Shown here: positions 1 through 9,676 of the stretch, piece by piece
Layout: each line of letters starts with the position of its first letter
How positions within the stretch are numbered: the first letter of the stretch is position 1
Assembly: GCA_963753595.1 (NCBI GenBank)
Contig: CAVWCX010000003.1
Coordinates: forward strand, 58,755 to 122,754
DNA length: 64,000 nt
Direction: 5' to 3'
From: Candidatus Methanoperedenaceae archaeon
GTDB lineage: Archaea; Halobacteriota; Methanosarcinia; Methanosarcinales; Methanoperedenaceae
Position numbers and translations under genes: made by a program
The notes under the pieces: generated by a model
The model's input: only the letters and a program-made list of their open reading frames with translations
Told to the model about the DNA's origin: nothing
Databases searched by the model: none

Positions 1-2
1 CG

Positions 3-770
3 GGCGCCTCGTTTAAGAAAATATTCGGCGAGGTTGCAAAGTATATAGTCGAGCATGAAAAAGTCCTCCTTGTGGCGCTTGATGATATGAATTACCTGTT
101 CTACGAGATGGAGGTCAATGATGTCCTGTACTCACTCCTGAGGGCTCATGAAACATATCCCGGTGCGCGGATGGGCGTTATTGCAATACTTAGCGACACA
201 GGTGTTCCCCATATACTTGATCCCAAAGTTGAATCTGTGTTCCTTCCTGAAGAAGTGAAATTCCCGACATATTCGATCGATGAGATACGCGATATCCTGT
301 CAAACCGCGCAAAGTTAGGGTTTTACCCTGATGTGCTTGACACAAACGTTCTTGAAAACATAACACAGCATACTTTCGCGCTTGGGGATCTGCGCGTGGG
401 GATAGATCTATTAAAGCGCTCAGGACTTAATGCAGAAAAGCGTGCCAGTAAAACAATTGCCCTGGAAGATGTTGAGTCAGCGTATGAGAAATCCAGGCTT
501 GTGCACCTTTCCTACATGATGCGTACTTTGAAAAAGGATGAAAAAATTCTCCTTGGATTAATAGCGGATTCCCCCCGGTCCAATTCAGGCGATCTTTATG
601 AAAAATTCCACGAAAAGACCTCTCTCGGGTACACGCGTTTCTATGAATTGCTTAACAAGCTTGGCTCTTTTAAGCTTATAGATGCCGATTTTACAGGTAA
701 GGGGGCACGCGGGAGAAGCCGCCTTGTCAAGCTTCGATTCAAACCTGATGAAGTAAGAATGAGATTGTAG
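3..770 (+). CDS. cdc6: Orc1/Cdc6 replication initiator, 5' end outside the window
   Basis: Frame is open from base 3 (GASFKKIF...LLVALDD Walker B), with GDLRVGIDLL sensor-2 and a C-terminal winged helix (TRFYELLNKL...GARGRSR). Confidence 0.93.
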   Translation, partial: GASFKKIFGEVAKYIVEHEKVLLVALDDMNYLFYEMEVNDVLYSLLRAHETYPGARMGVIAILSDTGVPHILDPKVESVFLPEEVKFPTYSIDEIRDILSNRAKLGFYPDVLDTNVLENITQHTFALGDLRVGIDLLKRSGLNAEKRASKTIALEDVESAYEKSRLVHLSYMMRTLKKDEKILLGLIADSPRSNSGDLYEKFHEKTSLGYTRFYELLNKLGSFKLIDADFTGKGARGRSRLVKLRFKPDEVRMRL

Positions 771-847
771 GTAACAGATTGTAAATTATATTTGTATATA
801 ACCTAGTGTAAATAATATATTATAGATAACAGATTTTATATAACCAT

Positions 848-877
848 ATCTGCGTTCATCTGCGTTTATCTGCGGTT
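848..877. repeat. Periodic repeat arm ATCTGCGTTC-ATCTGCGTTT-ATCTGCGGTT
   Basis: Three 10-nt subrepeats read directly. The same motif forms a hairpin at 56240-56276. Confidence 0.8.
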
Positions 878-986
878 TATTATTTCATTGATTATTTTGT
901 ATTCTCCGTATCGATTTAAAAAACTATATATATCTTTATTACCAATAATAGCTAACCAAAATTTTAATTTTAAAAGGAGAAAATAA

Positions 987-1229
987 ATGTCAAATCAATT
1001 ACAACCAATACTTCCACTTGCACCTGTCGAGCGCATTATCAGAAAAGCAGGAGCGGACAGGGTAGCAGAAGACGCAGGCGTTGAACTTGCAAAAGTCCTT
1101 GAGGAATATGGCATAGAAATTTCGCGCGAAGCCATAACCCTTGCAAAACATGCAAAGAGGACAACAGTAAAAGAAGAAGATATCAGGCTTGCTGTTGCAA
1201 GATTGAAAAAACCAAGCTTTACCCAATAA
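987..1229 (+). CDS. Archaeal histone (HMf family)
   Basis: LPLAPVERIIRKAGADRV...AKHAKRTTVKEEDI histone fold. AGGAG SD, TATA-like tract at about 925 and a downstream T-tract. Confidence 0.95.
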   Translation: MSNQLQPILPLAPVERIIRKAGADRVAEDAGVELAKVLEEYGIEISREAITLAKHAKRTTVKEEDIRLAVARLKKPSFTQ

Positions 1230-1238
1230 TCTAATTAC

Positions 1239-1257
1239 TTTTTTTTTCGTTTTTTAT
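1239..1257 (+). terminator. Oligo-T terminator of the histone gene
   Basis: T9 and T7 tracts directly after the stop codon. Confidence 0.6.
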
Positions 1258-1263
1258 TATCAG

Positions 1264-1697
1264 ATGACTATCGAAGAGAAACTTGGTTATACATTCAAAA
1301 AAATTATTTCATAAACCGCGCCCTGACACGCAAAGCCTATGCGCTTGAACAAAAACAGCAAAATATCGAGTGTGAGGACCAGGAAATTTACCGGACACTG
1401 GGTGACGCTGTCCTGAAAACAGTTTTGATCGATCTTTTGATCAAAAATGGCATTAATTCAAGGGGAGATATAACAAGCAGGAAAAAAAGCCTTGAAAGGG
1501 AAGAAGGGCTTGCAGATATCAGTAAAAGGCTCGGGATCGGCGCATATCTTAAATTGGGAAAAGGCGAGAGTAAGCAAAAAGCAGATGAGGAGCCTTATGT
1601 GCTGGCAGAGACTTTTGAAGCTGTGATCGGGGCGATATATCTTGATGGCGGATTTGAAGCCTGCAAAGGAATAATAGAGAAGTTATTTAAAATTTAG
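1264..1697 (+). pseudogene. RNase III catalytic-domain protein without dsRBD, frameshifted in an A7 run (1297-1303)
   Basis: MTIEEKLGYTFKK plus one A gives NYFINRALTRKAY...RTLGDAVL...AETFEAVIGAIYLDGG, which are RNase III family motifs. Confidence 0.8.
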
Positions 1698-1698
1698 A

Positions 1699-1733
1699 CA
1701 CTGCAAAGTTGGCAATGAACCCCCCGATTCATA
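1699..1733 (+). repeat. Partial left end of the ~180-bp TIR element
   Basis: CACTGCAAAGTTGGCAATGAAC resembles CACTGCAAAGTCGGCTATGAAC at 22878. Confidence 0.6.
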
Positions 1734-1893
1734 GTTCCATATTATTGGCATAATTCACACTATTTTTATTTGCCTAAACCATATTATCTATTTATGTAAT
1801 ATGTGTTTTAGCAGGTTGGAGATTGAGAAGGTCTATCCCTTTGCTCCAATCTTCAATCCTGTTCCTTTTTCGCTACGATTGCAAAGCTTTATC

Positions 1894-2049
1894 TCAATCG
1901 TATTGTGCACCTTCTGGCTGTTCTGCCTTGCGTGCTCTCAGTTTTGCATAGAAATCTTTCTGTCTCTTTTTCTCGGCTGGGTCTTCTTTTGCAACTTTTA
2001 CTTTCTGTGCATTCTCTGCGTTGTCCATCGAGTTTTCAAGTCCTGCCAT
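1894..2049 (-). CDS. Small charged hypothetical protein (51 aa), not in the ORF track
   Basis: MAGLENSMDNAENAQKVKVAKEDPAEKKRQKDFYAKLRARKAEQPEGAQYD preceded by a strong SD (AGGAGGTG). Confidence 0.75.
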   Translation of the reverse strand: MAGLENSMDNAENAQKVKVAKEDPAEKKRQKDFYAKLRARKAEQPEGAQYD

Positions 2050-2338
2050 TGTTTTTCACCTCCTGTTTTTTTGATTATAATAATTAATCATTAAGTAACC
2101 TGTATTTAAGTCTAACGCCCTACTTAATATATATTTTAAAAGAACTTTTTCTTGAAAAGATGATGTTCAGCAATCCTAATTTTAGTTTTTAATTTGGGTC
2201 TAATATTGGAAAAGCCATTTAACTATAACGCAAATACACAATATAATTATCGGGAGCGCCAGAATTAAACCCAATTCTTAGCTACTGCTATCCGATCAGT
2301 ATTTTTGTCAGAGAATATTTTAATTTTACAAATAGAGC

Positions 2339-3319
2339 TCATTCCGGTACAACAATAACCTTCAAAGATTCCCTTGCCCCTCCCGCTATTTTAAATCCCT
2401 TCTGGATATCTTCCAGCTTTACCCTGTCAGTTATCATATCCCTGACATTGATCTTCTTATCCTTGATCAATAGAAGCGCCTCTTCCAGGTCAATGGGCGC
2501 TGCGCCATAACTGGATACAATGCTCAATTCATTCCTCCAGAAATCTTCAACAGGGATCGGGATATTCTTATTCGGGATGGCAAAGAGCATAATTATCCCT
2601 TTCTTATCAATGAACCGAAACGCTGCTTCAAAAGCAGGCATTGCTCCCGTACACATTATTATCCGGTCAGCTTTCAAGTCCAATTCTTCACTGGCATTAA
2701 AAACCTCATCTGCCCCGAAAACACCTGCCTTTTCCAGCCTATAATCATTGATATCCGTTGCAATGACCCTTGCATTTTTTAATTTTGCCACAACAATGTT
2801 CAACAGGCCTGAGATCCCGGAACCCATGACAAGAACAGTCTGGCCAGCTTTGACACCGATCAATCTCTGCGCCCTTACAACACATGCAAGAGGCTCGATC
2901 ATCGTTCCTTCTTCATAAGAGATACTGGCAGGAAGAAGGTAAGTTCCGCTATTCACATTGATCTGGGGTACCCTGACAAATTCACTGAATCCACCGGGGT
3001 CGTAATTACCTTTATGCAGCGTTTCACAGGCCGTATGATTTCCGGAAAGACAGTATTTGCATTCGTTGCATGGGACATGATGGCTTACGAAAACCCTTTG
3101 ACCCACTTTGAATTTATCAGACTTTGATTCAACTATTTCGCCTGTCATCTCATGGCCAAGTACCCGCGGGGCTTTCTTGATCCTGTACCATTCCATCAGG
3201 TCAGTCCCGCAAATGCCTGATGCTTTGACCTTTACAAGGATTTCCCCATTATTTATTTCAGGTTTTGGTCTTTCCTCTATCCTGATATCGTTATTGTTGT
3301 AATATATTGCGGTTTTCAT
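2339..3319 (-). CDS. Zn-dependent (MDR) alcohol/polyol dehydrogenase
   Basis: SGICGTD, GHE, CxxCxxC-x7-C structural Zn motif and GSGISG Rossmann motif. Confidence 0.9.
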   Translation of the reverse strand: MKTAIYYNNNDIRIEERPKPEINNGEILVKVKASGICGTDLMEWYRIKKAPRVLGHEMTGEIVESKSDKFKVGQRVFVSHHVPCNECKYCLSGNHTACETLHKGNYDPGGFSEFVRVPQINVNSGTYLLPASISYEEGTMIEPLACVVRAQRLIGVKAGQTVLVMGSGISGLLNIVVAKLKNARVIATDINDYRLEKAGVFGADEVFNASEELDLKADRIIMCTGAMPAFEAAFRFIDKKGIIMLFAIPNKNIPIPVEDFWRNELSIVSSYGAAPIDLEEALLLIKDKKINVRDMITDRVKLEDIQKGFKIAGGARESLKVIVVPE

Positions 3320-3322
3320 TAT

Positions 3323-4105
3323 TTATTTTTTCGATTGTTCATAAATCTCATAAGCCATATCCACCGGCTTACTATCATGGACGATCGCCCTTACGGCCTT
3401 TATCATACCCACAGGGCTGTCACTCTGGAAAATATTCCGTCCCATATCAACACCAATTGCGCCATCTGATATTGCGCTATGAGCCATTTTCAGGGCATCC
3501 ATTTCAGGCAGCTTCTTTCCGCCTGCTATTACAACAGGTACATTTCCGCATGCTTCCACTATTTTCCCGAAATCCTCAGTATAATAGGTTTTTATTATAT
3601 GCGCCCCGATCTCAACGCAAATCCTTGAAGCAAGGCCAAGGTAGCGCGCATCCCGGACCATTTCTTTCCCGACAGCGGTAACTGCAAGAACAGGGATACC
3701 ATATTTTTCACCGTCATCAACAAGCTTTGAAAGATTTTCTATCGTCTCTTTTTCAAATTCCCCGCCTACATATACGGAACATGTGATCGCAGATGCGTTT
3801 ATCCTTATCGCATCTTCTATGCATGTTGTTATGGTTTCATTGGATAATTCCTTCAGGATGCTTTGCCCGCCAGAAACGCGTAAAATTATGGGAATATCAA
3901 TCGTTGGCTCTATCCAGTTCCTTATCGCGCCCCTTGTTATCATCAAAGCATCAGCGTAAGGCAATAAGGGTTCAACTGTCTTTCCCAGAGTGGAAAGACC
4001 CGTCGTTGGCCCCTGGAAATAACCATGATCAACAGCAAGCATTACGCACCGCCCTGTTTTGGGCTTGATTATCCGTGAAATCCTGTTCTTCATTCCCCAG
4101 TTCAT
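3323..4105 (-). CDS. lsrF: LsrF-like class I aldolase-fold thiolase (DhnA family)
   Basis: MNWGMKNR...MLAVDHGYFQGPTTGL, IIKTYY, AGGKK and GVDMGRNIFQS. Confidence 0.85.
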   Translation of the reverse strand: MNWGMKNRISRIIKPKTGRCVMLAVDHGYFQGPTTGLSTLGKTVEPLLPYADALMITRGAIRNWIEPTIDIPIILRVSGGQSILKELSNETITTCIEDAIRINASAITCSVYVGGEFEKETIENLSKLVDDGEKYGIPVLAVTAVGKEMVRDARYLGLASRICVEIGAHIIKTYYTEDFGKIVEACGNVPVVIAGGKKLPEMDALKMAHSAISDGAIGVDMGRNIFQSDSPVGMIKAVRAIVHDSKPVDMAYEIYEQSKK

Positions 4106-4122
4106 TTTAAATTACCTCCTAT

Positions 4123-4338
4123 TTATTCAGGTCTGACGAGCAAATAACCTTTTTCGATCAGCCAGTGATGGAATTCATAGGTCGTATGCAGGCAGTTTTC
4201 CTTGCATATTTCCCTCAGGTCATTATAATCTTCAGTGTCCTGCTCTTTCTTATTCATCATTATCTGTATATGACATCCAATGTCATTACAATATTCTCTT
4301 CGTTTATAGTCTATAAATCCCTTGATTGGCACAATCAC
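4123..4338 (-). CDS. Small Cys/His-rich hypothetical protein
   Basis: 71 aa, C-x4-C...C-x3-C-x-H...HH, co-oriented between mmp7 and lsrF. Confidence 0.75.
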   Translation of the reverse strand: MIVPIKGFIDYKRREYCNDIGCHIQIMMNKKEQDTEDYNDLREICKENCLHTTYEFHHWLIEKGYLLVRPE

Positions 4339-4386
4339 AAAGCGGATTCCGAATACTTAAAATTTTCGGAAAAGAACTCCTCTTTT

Positions 4387-5313
4387 TCAAATAATAAATC
4401 CGGTCTCACTCTTGGGCAGTGCCTTTATCAGGATAAAGTCCCTCATCTTCGAGGGCAAAACCCGGGCCACTTCTTTCATGGTCACACCTTCCACGAATTT
4501 GATATTCTCTATTTGCTCATGATATTCCCCATAAGGCAGTTTGACCCTTACCCCGTTCATCTGCAAGGTTATAGGTAATGGATGCAGGTTGTCAACTATT
4601 TCCGCGACCTGCTCTTCGATCTCTTTCTTGATACGGGGCGGCGCAACAGACGGCGGATCTTTGGCGATCTCAACCCTGACGTCATCAAGGACCTTTCCGA
4701 TAACTGCGGAGAGCTTATCAAGAGTCTTGAGTTCCTCAGCATGCCGCAGGTGGTGAAGTATCCTTCCAAAGCTTCCTACATATGCTGTGGCATTGGGCAC
4801 ATCTTCAGTCCTTAGTTCCGGCGCACCTGTTACAACTATGGGGATTTCAATCCCTTCATATAGTTTCTTTGATTTTTCGATTATACAATGCTCATAATTC
4901 CCAAGGATGAAAACCGCAACATCGTGTTCATTGATAAGGTCGCGCTCAAAAGCCGTAAGCTGGCAGATCCTTTTTCCCACGCCGCGGGCAAGACCTACCA
5001 TATTTGTCTTTGCGCCCTGTTTTCTGAGGAACTCGGCTATATCACAGTCAAGATGGGGAAGATGATGATAAGCTAGCGTCGGGGCGACTGTTGCTATTTC
5101 GCTGCCGGTGAGAGGCGCTCTTGTAAGCTTTCCCAGGAGTTCTTTTGACTTGATCTCTACAATTGAAATGTCATTTATGGGGACAAGCATCAAAAGTACA
5201 ACTTCGGATTGCATGATGTTCTTTTGCAGGATATATCCGCCAAGGTCTTCCACAAGTTCGATGAGCTGGCTGTGCTTATATGCACCTCCGACATACATCA
5301 TGGGTTCAAGCAT
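4387..5313 (-). CDS. mmp7: Methanogenesis marker protein 7
   Basis: GGAYKH-ELIELVEDLGG, HHLPHxxCDIAEFLR, GLARGVG; operon context. Confidence 0.9.
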   Translation of the reverse strand: MLEPMMYVGGAYKHSQLIELVEDLGGYILQKNIMQSEVVLLMLVPINDISIVEIKSKELLGKLTRAPLTGSEIATVAPTLAYHHLPHLDCDIAEFLRKQGAKTNMVGLARGVGKRICQLTAFERDLINEHDVAVFILGNYEHCIIEKSKKLYEGIEIPIVVTGAPELRTEDVPNATAYVGSFGRILHHLRHAEELKTLDKLSAVIGKVLDDVRVEIAKDPPSVAPPRIKKEIEEQVAEIVDNLHPLPITLQMNGVRVKLPYGEYHEQIENIKFVEGVTMKEVARVLPSKMRDFILIKALPKSETGFII

Positions 5314-5908
5314 TTTCTTCCCTCCTCAGGGATTCCAGAATTTCCTGTCCTCTTGCCAGCCATTCCGGTTTAAGGGTATCCTCAGAAGCTACAAAAAGAA
5401 CATGGGTGTTTGAAAGCTCATGCTTTCGCACCCTGAATCCTTCGGGTATAATGCGAAGTGCTATCGCATCAATAAGCCGGTCAAGAACTTCCTGCTGCGG
5501 TTCTTCAATAACGAACTCACGAAGCATATCAAGGTCCTTTATCGGATCGGTTTTCACGATTATTATTTTCCTTTCCAGCTGCTCAATATTTTCCTTCCCG
5601 TATTTTGCCCATAGTTTATTTAATAATTTTATAGAAAACATTTCCTTTTCCAGTTCAATTTTCACCTCATCTTTACCAAGAGCGCCCATCTCGATTTTGG
5701 CAAAATCCTTGATTTTTATTGACGGTGAACCAAGGCGAAGAAGTGCCGCAAAAATAAAAACAGGTTCAACCGGATCCATGTAAACCTTCAATCTTCCAAT
5801 AACCCTTGAAAGTGACAGGTCAGAAAGTGTATCCAGTATGAGACTGCGTGTGGTCTTTGCCCCTGTGGCATCCGGGCATTCCACGATAAATGTCTCAAGT
5901 TGTTCCAT
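5306..5908 (-). CDS. mmp17: Methanogenesis marker protein 17
   Basis: N-terminal VEC, LWAKYG, IIPEGFRVR; operon context. Confidence 0.85.
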   Translation of the reverse strand: MEQLETFIVECPDATGAKTTRSLILDTLSDLSLSRVIGRLKVYMDPVEPVFIFAALLRLGSPSIKIKDFAKIEMGALGKDEVKIELEKEMFSIKLLNKLWAKYGKENIEQLERKIIIVKTDPIKDLDMLREFVIEEPQQEVLDRLIDAIALRIIPEGFRVRKHELSNTHVLFVASEDTLKPEWLARGQEILESLRREENA

Positions 5909-5917
5909 AATATCCTC

Positions 5918-7258
5918 TCATTTATTAATAAATCCAGAGGCAAGCAGTGCCGCGCCAACCGCTCCGATATACTGGGCATTGGGAGGAACTATTACTTTTA
6001 CTTTTAGCAGTTCCTCAACAGCTTTTGGCAATCCTTCGATCAGGGACGTCCCCCCCACCATTATTACTGGTTCCTTTACATCTACTTCCTGTAACTGCTG
6101 CTCGAATAATTGCTCAGCTACACTGTGGCATGCTGCTGCGGCAACATCCTCAGGGGTGGACCCCCCGGCAAGTGAATTAACAAGGGACTGGATGCCGAAA
6201 ACAATGCAATAACTGTTCATTTTTACATTCGAGGCTTTTCCTTTTAATGCAAGGGCGCCAAGCTCGGTTATGCTAACACCAAGTCTTTTTGCAGTCATCT
6301 CAAGGAATCTTCCTGATGCCCCGGCACAAATACCGCCCATAGTGAACATGCCCGGAATACCATCTGTAACTGATATCGCTTTATTATCCATGCCGCCAAT
6401 ATCAAGAACAGTGGCTACTCCTTTTTGCTTATCAGCAAGATAGACCGCGCCTTTTGAGTTAACAGTGATCTCTTCCTGCATCAGGTCTGCTTTCAAATGC
6501 TCACCAATAAGGAATCGTCCATATCCGGTCGTTCCAAGCGCCTGTATCTCGCTCCGGGTGACTCCAGCCTCTTTTAATGCGTTATTATAGGCTTCCTCAG
6601 CGCTCTCGATAACTTTTATTGTTGGTACCCATCCCTTTCCTATGATCTTATTGTCTCTCATTACAACTGCTTTTGTTGTTGTTGAGCCTGAATCAATGCC
6701 AGCAGTTAAACCTGTCTGCTTTTCCCTTGCAAGAAGGCTCTTTCTCCTGGCTGTGGTGGTGAGTGCTTCCATTCGTGTAAGAAGAGTCGCTGCAGTTGTT
6801 CTTTCAGTGAATGAGTAGCTTATTACCGGTATACCTGTTTTCTCATGGATATAACGGCGCACTTCGCTTCTTACAATAGCTGCTTCGGCGCACCTGAAAC
6901 ATGTGGCAACAAAAACAGCATCAACATGCACTTTACCGCTTACAATAGACTTTGCCCGCGCCATCATAAGCCGAAGGTCGGGACTTGCCACTTTGAGACC
7001 GAATTGCTCTTCGATATTTTCGATATCTGAAATATCAACTTCAGGATAAACCATTACCGCATTGACCTGCTTTGCCGCAGAATCGATCTCGCTCTGTATC
7101 CCGCTGTATTCGGCGCCGCATGAAAGCTGGGCTACCCTCACAAGATTTTCAGCAGAGGTCATTTTTCTTATTGCCTCCTGGATACCAGGAGCTGTCTCTT
7201 TCTCCTTCCCGCATGTTGTGCATGAGGCCTGGCTTAAAGAATCATTTTGCCTGCTCAT
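5918..7258 (-). CDS. mmp15: Methanogenesis marker protein 15 (BadF/BcrA-type ATPase activator)
   Basis: [42 protein letters not shown]. Confidence 0.92.
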   Translation of the reverse strand: MSRQNDSLSQASCTTCGKEKETAPGIQEAIRKMTSAENLVRVAQLSCGAEYSGIQSEIDSAAKQVNAVMVYPEVDISDIENIEEQFGLKVASPDLRLMMARAKSIVSGKVHVDAVFVATCFRCAEAAIVRSEVRRYIHEKTGIPVISYSFTERTTAATLLTRMEALTTTARRKSLLAREKQTGLTAGIDSGSTTTKAVVMRDNKIIGKGWVPTIKVIESAEEAYNNALKEAGVTRSEIQALGTTGYGRFLIGEHLKADLMQEEITVNSKGAVYLADKQKGVATVLDIGGMDNKAISVTDGIPGMFTMGGICAGASGRFLEMTAKRLGVSITELGALALKGKASNVKMNSYCIVFGIQSLVNSLAGGSTPEDVAAAACHSVAEQLFEQQLQEVDVKEPVIMVGGTSLIEGLPKAVEELLKVKVIVPPNAQYIGAVGAALLASGFINK

Positions 7259-7707
7259 TTCTTTTCCTCCGCGGGTTTAAGAGATTTCAGGAATTCTGAA
7301 ATTTTATAAACGAATAACTTTGCATCTTCTTCAGTATTGGGATAATCCAATCTCAAAAGGGGGATCTTTTTTCCTCTCAGGAGAAAATTCACAAGTTCAT
7401 TTGTCCTTGCGCATCCCATACAGCCAAATGAGATAACCGGATCATTTACAACTATTGCTGCTTCCGCTTTTGTAAGAAGAGGATCAAAAAGCGACATGCG
7501 CCCTCTTACTCCTGCCGGCACTTCAACAGCAGCATATTTTAATCCGAATTTAGGGTCTTCAGGGGTAATGTTCATGGGTGGAGAATCCAGTCCCTGGGTT
7601 CTGACCTTTTTCCCTACTTCCTGCATTATCGCAAGCGGCTCATGGCCGAAACGCTCAACCAGGTCTGAAAGAATAAGACTGTTCGTCGGGTAAATAAAAA
7701 CTTTCAT
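7255..7707 (-). CDS. mmp5: Methanogenesis marker protein 5
   Basis: [32 protein letters not shown]. Confidence 0.92.
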   Translation of the reverse strand: MKVFIYPTNSLILSDLVERFGHEPLAIMQEVGKKVRTQGLDSPPMNITPEDPKFGLKYAAVEVPAGVRGRMSLFDPLLTKAEAAIVVNDPVISFGCMGCARTNELVNFLLRGKKIPLLRLDYPNTEEDAKLFVYKISEFLKSLKPAEEKK

Positions 7708-8132
7708 TGTGTTACCTCTGTTTGTTTTATAATTTCTTTTAATTTATCGATATCAAGTTTCTTTGTCCGGATTTTCTCTTCTGGTATTTCGCCCCTGTCA
7801 AGCGCTTTCAGGGCATTCGCTATATGGGGTAATATCTTATCCTCATTCTCCAGGTTATGAAATCCTGGTCTTGCCCCGCCGCGCCTGGTAGCCCTGCAAC
7901 GAAAAGGTTCACCCGGCGCAAATCCTCTCTCTTTTATGAAAATACCATAGGGATCTAATTTGCGAATGTTCACAAGAAGCGGATCCAGTATCTCACGTTC
8001 CCCTGAAACCATAATACCAAAACAAGTTTCCTTTACCATGATATCATCTTTTGTCTCATAAAGCTTCATAGCAACATCGCTTGGTAGTAATTTTGATGAG
8101 TTTATCACGATCATTTTGGTTATTTTTTCCAT
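7704..8132 (-). CDS. mmp6: Methanogenesis marker protein 6
   Basis: KETCFG, KERGF-RCRA-RRGG-RPGFH. Confidence 0.9.
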   Translation of the reverse strand: MEKITKMIVINSSKLLPSDVAMKLYETKDDIMVKETCFGIMVSGEREILDPLLVNIRKLDPYGIFIKERGFAPGEPFRCRATRRGGARPGFHNLENEDKILPHIANALKALDRGEIPEEKIRTKKLDIDKLKEIIKQTEVTQ

Positions 8133-9649
8133 TATTGGACCTCACGTATGTAAATTATATCGTCTACCTTAAATCCTTTAAGACGTTCAGGTTCCAGGAC
8201 TTTTCCTATGATGTTCGTGGATTCGAATTTCTCTCCGGTCGGGCCATATTTATCATCGTCTACAAGCTTAACACCCACCATACCATAGCGTTTTGCCGCC
8301 TGGTTAGTGACACCTATCTCTCCTGCTTTTACCCTGCCTTTCGGGATATTCTCGGGATTTATTTCTTTATATGCCTCTGCCTCCTTTTCCGACCTGAAAA
8401 GGAAAGTATTTTCATATGTATATATTACGGGTAATGGGCCCAATGGCCTGTCCTTGAGGCGCAGGGAATGCCTGAAGAAATCAAGAGTTATAGGCGCAAG
8501 ATCATCGTAGAACTTTACATTGATTATTTTATCAGATTTTACACCAAGAGCCGTGACCCCCCCTTCTGCGATAATTCCTATTGTTGTATCCGGTTCCTGT
8601 TCCACAACAATAGCATCATCACCTGTATAGCCTCTCCGTTCAAGTTTTAATCCGCGCAAATCCAATACTTTTTCAGCTTCGCTAAAAGTCATACCCTGTA
8701 CCATGACCCTCTCAGGATTTGCAACAACAGCAAGATTACTACCCGCAGGAGCTATTTTAATAAGTTCAATTCCCTGGGAAACATGCCCGACAACGCTATG
8801 TACAGGGCTTGAAGTCCGGTCTTCTTTATAGATGTATATCCGTCCATTTCCCTGCCCGTCAGTCCTTACTACTACAGATCCCTCTGAACGGGCATCCCAG
8901 TGTTCGTATACACATCCTTCACCCTGAAGTACATTATCAGAAACAAATGAATTTGTGAATGTATCCACATGAAAAGTTTTTCTTCTTATCAATGCAAGGA
9001 AATGCTCGGCTCCCTCAGGGGATTCATTAATGAGATCGACATTAAAATATGTAAAGACCTTCATTCCGTCTTCAAGCGGCGTATTCAGGTCCTGTGTAGT
9101 TATTTTGTTTAGAAGTGTTTCCCATTTAATTATCGGTTCAATTTTTAATAAAGTATCGCCTTGCTTGAGGTTTGCTATGACATTCTTGCCGCTTATCACC
9201 TTTCCAAGAACAGCGCCTTTAGGACCCCCATAATCAGAAACATGTTTATCTTTTGCGATCATAAGGTAAGCATTTTTTGGATCATAGCCGCCTGTTCCAA
9301 GAAAAACGTCATAGCGGTTATATTTTTGCTCAGATCTTTCCACTGTAATATCTGTTTCAAATGGGCCAAAAGCAATTGCATTTCGTGATTCCCAGTGCGC
9401 CTTTATATCTGAAAATGAATGGGAGAATTTTGTCCACAACGTGGAATCCCCAAACAACTCTATCTTAAATTCGCCTTTTGATGTGAGAATCTTATATTCG
9501 GATGTTGCTTCCTCTTTTTTGCCGTGTGTTTTCAGGATACCTATTGTTGTTCCAGGGATATAGAATGCTTTTGCGATTTCTATAGCATCTTTCAGGAGCA
9601 AATCATCCTTTATCTCTACTTTTTGCCCATTAATCTCTATTGAGATCAC
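8132..9649 (-). CDS. mmp3: Methanogenesis marker protein 3 (cyclophilin-like fold), GTG start
   Basis: AFGPF, IYIYKEDR-HSVVG, IGVTNQA, YGPTGEKF. Confidence 0.9.
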   Translation of the reverse strand: MISIEINGQKVEIKDDLLLKDAIEIAKAFYIPGTTIGILKTHGKKEEATSEYKILTSKGEFKIELFGDSTLWTKFSHSFSDIKAHWESRNAIAFGPFETDITVERSEQKYNRYDVFLGTGGYDPKNAYLMIAKDKHVSDYGGPKGAVLGKVISGKNVIANLKQGDTLLKIEPIIKWETLLNKITTQDLNTPLEDGMKVFTYFNVDLINESPEGAEHFLALIRRKTFHVDTFTNSFVSDNVLQGEGCVYEHWDARSEGSVVVRTDGQGNGRIYIYKEDRTSSPVHSVVGHVSQGIELIKIAPAGSNLAVVANPERVMVQGMTFSEAEKVLDLRGLKLERRGYTGDDAIVVEQEPDTTIGIIAEGGVTALGVKSDKIINVKFYDDLAPITLDFFRHSLRLKDRPLGPLPVIYTYENTFLFRSEKEAEAYKEINPENIPKGRVKAGEIGVTNQAAKRYGMVGVKLVDDDKYGPTGEKFESTNIIGKVLEPERLKGFKVDDIIYIREVQ

Positions 9650-9676
9650 TAATCCTCCAGCTATTGATAATAAACT

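Noticed and set aside
771-960. Replication origin in the AT-rich region after cdc6
   Set aside because: No ORB motifs seen. Origins usually lie upstream of cdc6, which is outside the window. The region is explained by the histone promoter and a repeat arm.
1801-2094. Plus-strand 97-aa and 60-aa ORFs
   Set aside because: Antisense shadows of the minus-strand 51-aa ORF, which has the SD.
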